Of a stretch of DNA of 64,000 bases, positions 62,669 through 64,000 are shown in pieces. A program made the translations under genes and the position numbers. Each line of letters opens with the position of its first letter. The stretch's first letter is position 1. The notes under the pieces are model-generated. The model saw only the letters and a program-made list of their open reading frames with translations. It was not told the DNA's origin and ran no database searches. Origin of the DNA: the human T2T-CHM13v2.0 reference genome, Homo sapiens. The stretch lies in NCBI RefSeq assembly GCF_009914755.1, contig NC_060931.1; one strand, 5' to 3'.

Positions 62669-62964
62669 TAAAAATGAAAATTTCAAATCCTCAAGGAATT
62701 TGAAGATCTCTCCAAATGCATTTTCACGTCCCTGTTTTGAGAGCCATCCCTGGGAAATCACCCCCGCCCACACACAGCAAGACCCCAGGGTCCAGGACCA
62801 CCTCATTGTATAACGTCCAGGACAGAGCAAGCACTTGGTAAATGCTAACAGGTGATTAAGTGAAGGAAGGAAAGATCTGGAGTGCAAGCAGGGGATGAAG
62901 ACACATGCAAAACGTTGGTTCAGAAGGTGCCCCTTCCCACAGTGGAGTGGAGGAATCTCAAAGG

Positions 62965-63305
62965 CAGGGGTCCATGGTCCCCAGCTGGTCCGTGACTTGT
63001 TACAAATCAGGTTGTGCAGCAGGAGGTGAGTGGCAGGTGAGGGAGCATTACCGCTGGAGCTCCGTCTCTTGTCAGATCAGTGGTGGCATCAGATTCTCAC
63101 GGGAGCGTGAACTCTATTGTGAACTGCGCACGTGAGGGATCTAGGTTGCATGTTCCTAATGAGAATCTAATGCCTGATGATCTGACATGGAACAGTTTCA
63201 TCCCCAGACCATCTGGCTAACTCCTACCCCCAACCCCATCCCCATTCGTTGAAAAATTGTCTTTTTTGAAACTGATCCCTGGTGTCAAAAAGGTTGGGGG
63301 TGCTG
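62965..63305 (+). mobile_element. MER1B-like hAT-Charlie MITE
   Basis: CAGGGGTCC start; cagcaggaggtgag…tgtcagatcag…ctattgtgaactgcgca…gagaatctaatgcctgatgatctg…ccctggtg.caaaaaggttgggg end. Confidence 0.85.
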
Positions 63306-63529
63306 GGCACAGTGGCTCACACCTGTAATCCCAGCACTTTGGGAGGCTGAGGTGGGTAGATCACTTGAGGTCAGGAGTTCAAGATTAGCCTGGCAAATAT
63401 GGCAAAACCCTGTCTCTACTAAAAATACAAAAATTGGCCGGGCATGGTGGCTCACGCTTGTAATCCCAGCACTTTGGGAGGCCGAGGCAGGCGGATCACG
63501 AGGTCAGGAGATCGAGACCATCCTGGCTA

Positions 63530-63712
<183 letters not shown>

Positions 63713-64000
63713 TCAAAATAAAAAAAAAAAAAAAAAATAATAATAATAAAATTAGCTGGGCGTGGTGGCACATGCCTGTAATTCCAGCTACTCAGGAGGC
63801 TGAGGCAGGAGAATCACTTGAACCTCAGAGGCAGAGGCTGCAGTTAGTTGAGACTGCGCCACTGCACTCCAGCCTAGGCAAGACAGCAAGACTCCATCTA
63901 AAAGAAAAAAAAAAGAAAAAAAAATGGGGACCACTGTTCTACGGGATAGAGGACAGGGAGGTGGAAGAAAGAAAGGGAGAAGTGTGAGGGGCATTTTGTC

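Overview
Primate (most likely human) genomic DNA; by eye, more than half is Alu SINE, with L1, L2/MIR, MaLR/ERVL and DNA-transposon relics. It carries the 5' half of a GTF2IRD2-family gene (TFII-I family, 7q11.23 Williams-Beuren segmental duplication) on the minus strand. A CpG-island promoter and non-coding exon 1 lie at ~41.7-41.9 kb. Nine coding exons (26686 down to 1213) were traced by hand with GT/AG junctions and consistent phases: 805 nt, ~268 aa, covering the leucine-zipper region and first I-repeat; the gene continues past position 1. The most notable feature is in intron 1: an internally deleted Tigger7/MER44 (pogo-like) transposon keeps an intact 160-codon CENP-B-type DNA-binding ORF. 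It has a strong Kozak ATG (39900) and ends at a consensus donor G|GTAAGT (39420) exactly in frame with exon 2 (G|GG ATC ATG). This predicts a transposase-DBD::GTF2IRD2 fusion isoform, in a gene whose C-terminus is already known to derive from a hAT (Charlie8) transposase. An RFX/CRE/NF-Y/Sp1 motif cluster upstream may be its promoter. Nearly all other ORFs in the track are Alu or L1 artefacts. Repeat family names are recognised from memory, not from a database search.
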